Shown here: piece by piece, positions 30,162-32,439 of the stretch | How the letters are laid out: the number at the start of each line of letters is the position of its first letter | Position numbering within the stretch: position 1 is the first letter of the stretch | Program-made: the position numbers and the translations under genes | The notes under the pieces: model-generated | Seen by the model: only the letters and a program-made list of their open reading frames with translations | Told to the model about the DNA's origin: nothing | The model's database searches: none | NCBI GenBank assembly: GCA_035294845.1 | Contig: DATGKC010000238.1 | Location: 1-32,439 of the forward strand | From: Planctomycetaceae bacterium | Lineage (GTDB): Bacteria; Planctomycetota; Planctomycetia; Planctomycetales; Planctomycetaceae | Reading direction: 5' to 3' | Length of the DNA: 32,439 nt

Positions 30162-32348
30162 ATGAGCTGTCGCATTCGTCTGGTGCTGGCGCTTCACGAT
30201 CATCAACCGATCGGGAATTTCGACGGCGTTTTCGAGGCGGCTTACCAGGACAGCTATAAGTCGCTGCTCGACGTGCTCGAACAATATCCCGAGATTCCCC
30301 TGTCGCTGCACACCTCGGGAAGCCTGCTGGAATGGATTGCGGAAAGGCATCCCGAATACATCGACCGCCTGCGCATGCTGGCCGATCGGGGTCAGATCGA
30401 AATCATCGGCGGGGCGTTTTACGAGCCGATTCTCGCGACCATTCCCCGCCGCGACCGGGTTGGTCAAATCTCGGCCTTCACGCGCTATCTCGAAAAACTT
30501 TTGGGCGTGAACGTGCGGGGCATGTGGATCCCCGAGCGCGTCTGGGAACAATCGTTCGCGGGAGACGTGACCCAGGCCGGCATCGAGTACACCATTCTCG
30601 ACGATTTTCATTTCCGCTCGGCCGGGCTCCGCGAAGACGAATTGTACGGCTATTACCTGTCGGAGGACGAGGGCCGCCTGCTGAAAATCTTTCCGGGAAG
30701 CGAGAAGCTGCGATATACGATACCGTTCGCCGATCCGCAAGAGTCCATCGACTACCTGCGTCAGATCGCCGACCGCTACCCGAATTCGGTGGTGACCTTT
30801 GGCGACGACGGCGAAAAGTTTGGAACCTGGCCTGGGACGAAGAAACACGTTTACCAGGATGGCTGGATTCACCGCTTCTTCGACGCGCTCAGGGCCAATT
30901 CCGACTGGATCAAAATCTCGACGCTGTCGGAGGTCGTCGATAACGTGTCGCCGATCGGGAAAATCTATCTTCCCGATGCCAGCTACCGCGAAATGACCGA
31001 GTGGGCGCTCCCTGTGTCGCGTCAGATCGAGTACCAGCAAATCGTCCACGACCGGCAGAATACCGATTCGGGCTGGAAGCAGCTCTCGCAATTCATGCGC
31101 GGCGGATTCTGGCGCAACTTTCGCGTGAAATACCCCGAAAGCAACGAAATGTATGCGCGCCTGCTGCAAGTCAGCGAGCGATTGCAAAACTTGGCGGCCG
31201 GCGAGGCCGCGCGCGAAAATCCCGACCTTCTGTCGCAAGCGCGAACCGAGCTGTACCGTGGAGAGTGCAATTGCCCGTACTGGCACGGCGCATTCGGCGG
31301 ACTATACCTGCCGCATTTGCGGAACTCGGTCTATCACCACTTGATTGCCGCCGACAGCCTGCTCGAACAGGCGGCAGGCCGCGACGGTCACTGGGTCGAA
31401 ATCGCCGCTGACGATTACAACGTCGATGCCCGCAAGGAAGTGAGGCTGGCCAGCGACCGGCTCGTGGCATTCCTGAGTCCGGCCCGCGGAGGCCATATTT
31501 ACGAGCTCGATATCCGCAGCATCAACCACAACCTTTTGGCGACGCTCAACCGGCGGCCTGAGGTCTACCACGAAAAGGTTCGCCAGGCGGGAGAGCGGCA
31601 GGGCCGCCAGGATGACAACCGGGCCGTCAGCATCCACGACCTGGTCGCCTTCAAACAGCCCGACCTGCACAAGAAGCTGCAATACGATGCCTGGCCTCGA
31701 AAGAGCTGCGTTGACCATTTCTTCCAGCCCGGCCTCAACCTCGCGCGGTTTCAGTTGGGCGAAGGCGAGATCGGCGATTTTGCCACGGCCGCCTACGAGA
31801 CGGTGTTGCGCCGTTCGCCCGAACAGGTTCAGGCGCGCCTCGGGCGCCATGCGAATCTCGGCCCTTACGCCGTCACGCTCAACAAGACGATCGGCCTGGA
31901 GCGCGGGTCAGGACAACTCGACATCCTGTACGAATTGGAAGCGCTCCCGCAAAATGTTCCGATACATTTCGGAATCGAATTCAACTTCGCGGGCATGGCA
32001 GCCGGAGCTCCCGACCGTTATTTTTACGACTCTAACGGGCGGCAACTGGGCCAGCTCGAAACGATTCAGGATCTGACAAACTCAGATCGCATCGGGCTGG
32101 TCGACGAGTGGCTGGGGCTGGACGCGTCGCTCGAATTCTCGCAAGCGGCCGGTATCTGGACCTTTCCCATTCAGACCATCAGCCAATCGGAAGGCGGATT
32201 CGAGGCCGTGCACCAGAGCACGGCGGTCGTTCCTCATTGGGAGTTTACAGCGGCTCGCGACGGCAAGTGGAGCGTTCGCATCACGCTCTCGCTCGATACG
32301 TCGGCAGCCCAGGCCCGCCGTCTCAGGGAAGCCGCGGCCGTTTCGTAA
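30162..32348 (+). CDS. Glycoside hydrolase family 57 protein, 4-alpha-glucanotransferase/alpha-amylase-like subfamily
   Basis: GH57 regions LALHDHQPIGNF, GQIEIIGGAFYEPILATIP, MWIPERVWE, FGDDGEKFGTWPG, ECNCPYWHGAFGG. I prefer the ATG at 30162 (MSCRIRLV...) with GGAGGAAGGGA upstream. The alternative ATG is at 30141. Confidence 0.9.
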   Translation: MSCRIRLVLALHDHQPIGNFDGVFEAAYQDSYKSLLDVLEQYPEIPLSLHTSGSLLEWIAERHPEYIDRLRMLADRGQIEIIGGAFYEPILATIPRRDRVGQISAFTRYLEKLLGVNVRGMWIPERVWEQSFAGDVTQAGIEYTILDDFHFRSAGLREDELYGYYLSEDEGRLLKIFPGSEKLRYTIPFADPQESIDYLRQIADRYPNSVVTFGDDGEKFGTWPGTKKHVYQDGWIHRFFDALRANSDWIKISTLSEVVDNVSPIGKIYLPDASYREMTEWALPVSRQIEYQQIVHDRQNTDSGWKQLSQFMRGGFWRNFRVKYPESNEMYARLLQVSERLQNLAAGEAARENPDLLSQARTELYRGECNCPYWHGAFGGLYLPHLRNSVYHHLIAADSLLEQAAGRDGHWVEIAADDYNVDARKEVRLASDRLVAFLSPARGGHIYELDIRSINHNLLATLNRRPEVYHEKVRQAGERQGRQDDNRAVSIHDLVAFKQPDLHKKLQYDAWPRKSCVDHFFQPGLNLARFQLGEGEIGDFATAAYETVLRRSPEQVQARLGRHANLGPYAVTLNKTIGLERGSGQLDILYELEALPQNVPIHFGIEFNFAGMAAGAPDRYFYDSNGRQLGQLETIQDLTNSDRIGLVDEWLGLDASLEFSQAAGIWTFPIQTISQSEGGFEAVHQSTAVVPHWEFTAARDGKWSVRITLSLDTSAAQARRLREAAAVS

Positions 32349-32374
32349 CGGGTCGTTGAAAAGTGAGGACTGGC

Positions 32375-32439
32375 TCAGCGCGGCGAGACATTGCGGCTCG
32401 CTTCGACGATTGCATCGAGCAGGCCGTCCCAGGTGTATT
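32375..32439 (-). CDS. 3' end of a convergent gene cut by the window edge. The C-terminal peptide resembles a GT1/GT4-type glycosyltransferase tail.
   Basis: The minus strand reads ...YTWDGLLDAIVEASRNVSPR then TGA (32377-32375). Only 20 codons are visible, so the family call is weak and rests on context from the adjacent glucan cluster. Confidence 0.3.
   Translation of the reverse strand, partial: YTWDGLLDAIVEASRNVSPR

Noticed and set aside
27377-31286. Three long minus-strand ORFs (27377-28675, 28853-30175, 29913-31286)
   Set aside because: They are antisense to the two GH57 genes and the GalT-like gene, all of which carry complete family motifs. The minus-strand translations are low-complexity.

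Overview
High-GC window, most likely from a Planctomycetota chromosome. The lineage markers are a DUF1559 protein with a prepilin-type N-terminal methylation motif, an FGly-type sulfatase, a prenyltransferase/SQHop-repeat protein and a DciA/DUF721 gene beside dnaN. The window is mostly core and housekeeping. It holds the replication-initiation cluster dnaA-dnaN-DUF721(dciA)-gyrB on the minus strand (8.4-13.9 kb). Upstream of that lies a tightly packed minus-strand operon: Tat-signal protein, indoleamine-2,3-dioxygenase-like protein, pgi, tryptophanase/tyrosine-phenol-lyase-like protein (15.0-20.5 kb). Further right are an orphan CpaF-type ATPase with a class-III aminotransferase, a pseudo-receiver/MazG/LOG gene string, and csrA followed by an alpha-glucan cluster (GH57, GalT-like, GH57). 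The left end carries alkaline phosphatase, a minimal SET-domain methyltransferase, inorganic pyrophosphatase and a sulfatase. I found no tRNA, rRNA, CRISPR array, transposase or recognisable defence island. The items most worth a second look are: (1) a DNA-methyltransferase-like gene just upstream of dnaA that is broken by one in-frame TAA; (2) a ~0.9 kb non-coding spacer (6.4-7.3 kb) packed with modular hairpins and bounded by inverted CGCGGAT/ATCCGCG repeats; (3) the IDO-like/pgi/TnaA-like operon, with an ATGA stop/start overlap between pgi and the lyase; (4) a 349-aa DnaA that lacks domains I-II. Many long ORFs in the six-frame track are antisense shadows typical of GC-rich DNA and were rejected. 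Several track ORFs carry false N-terminal extensions, so the starts given here are refined using RBS, signal-peptide and homology logic.
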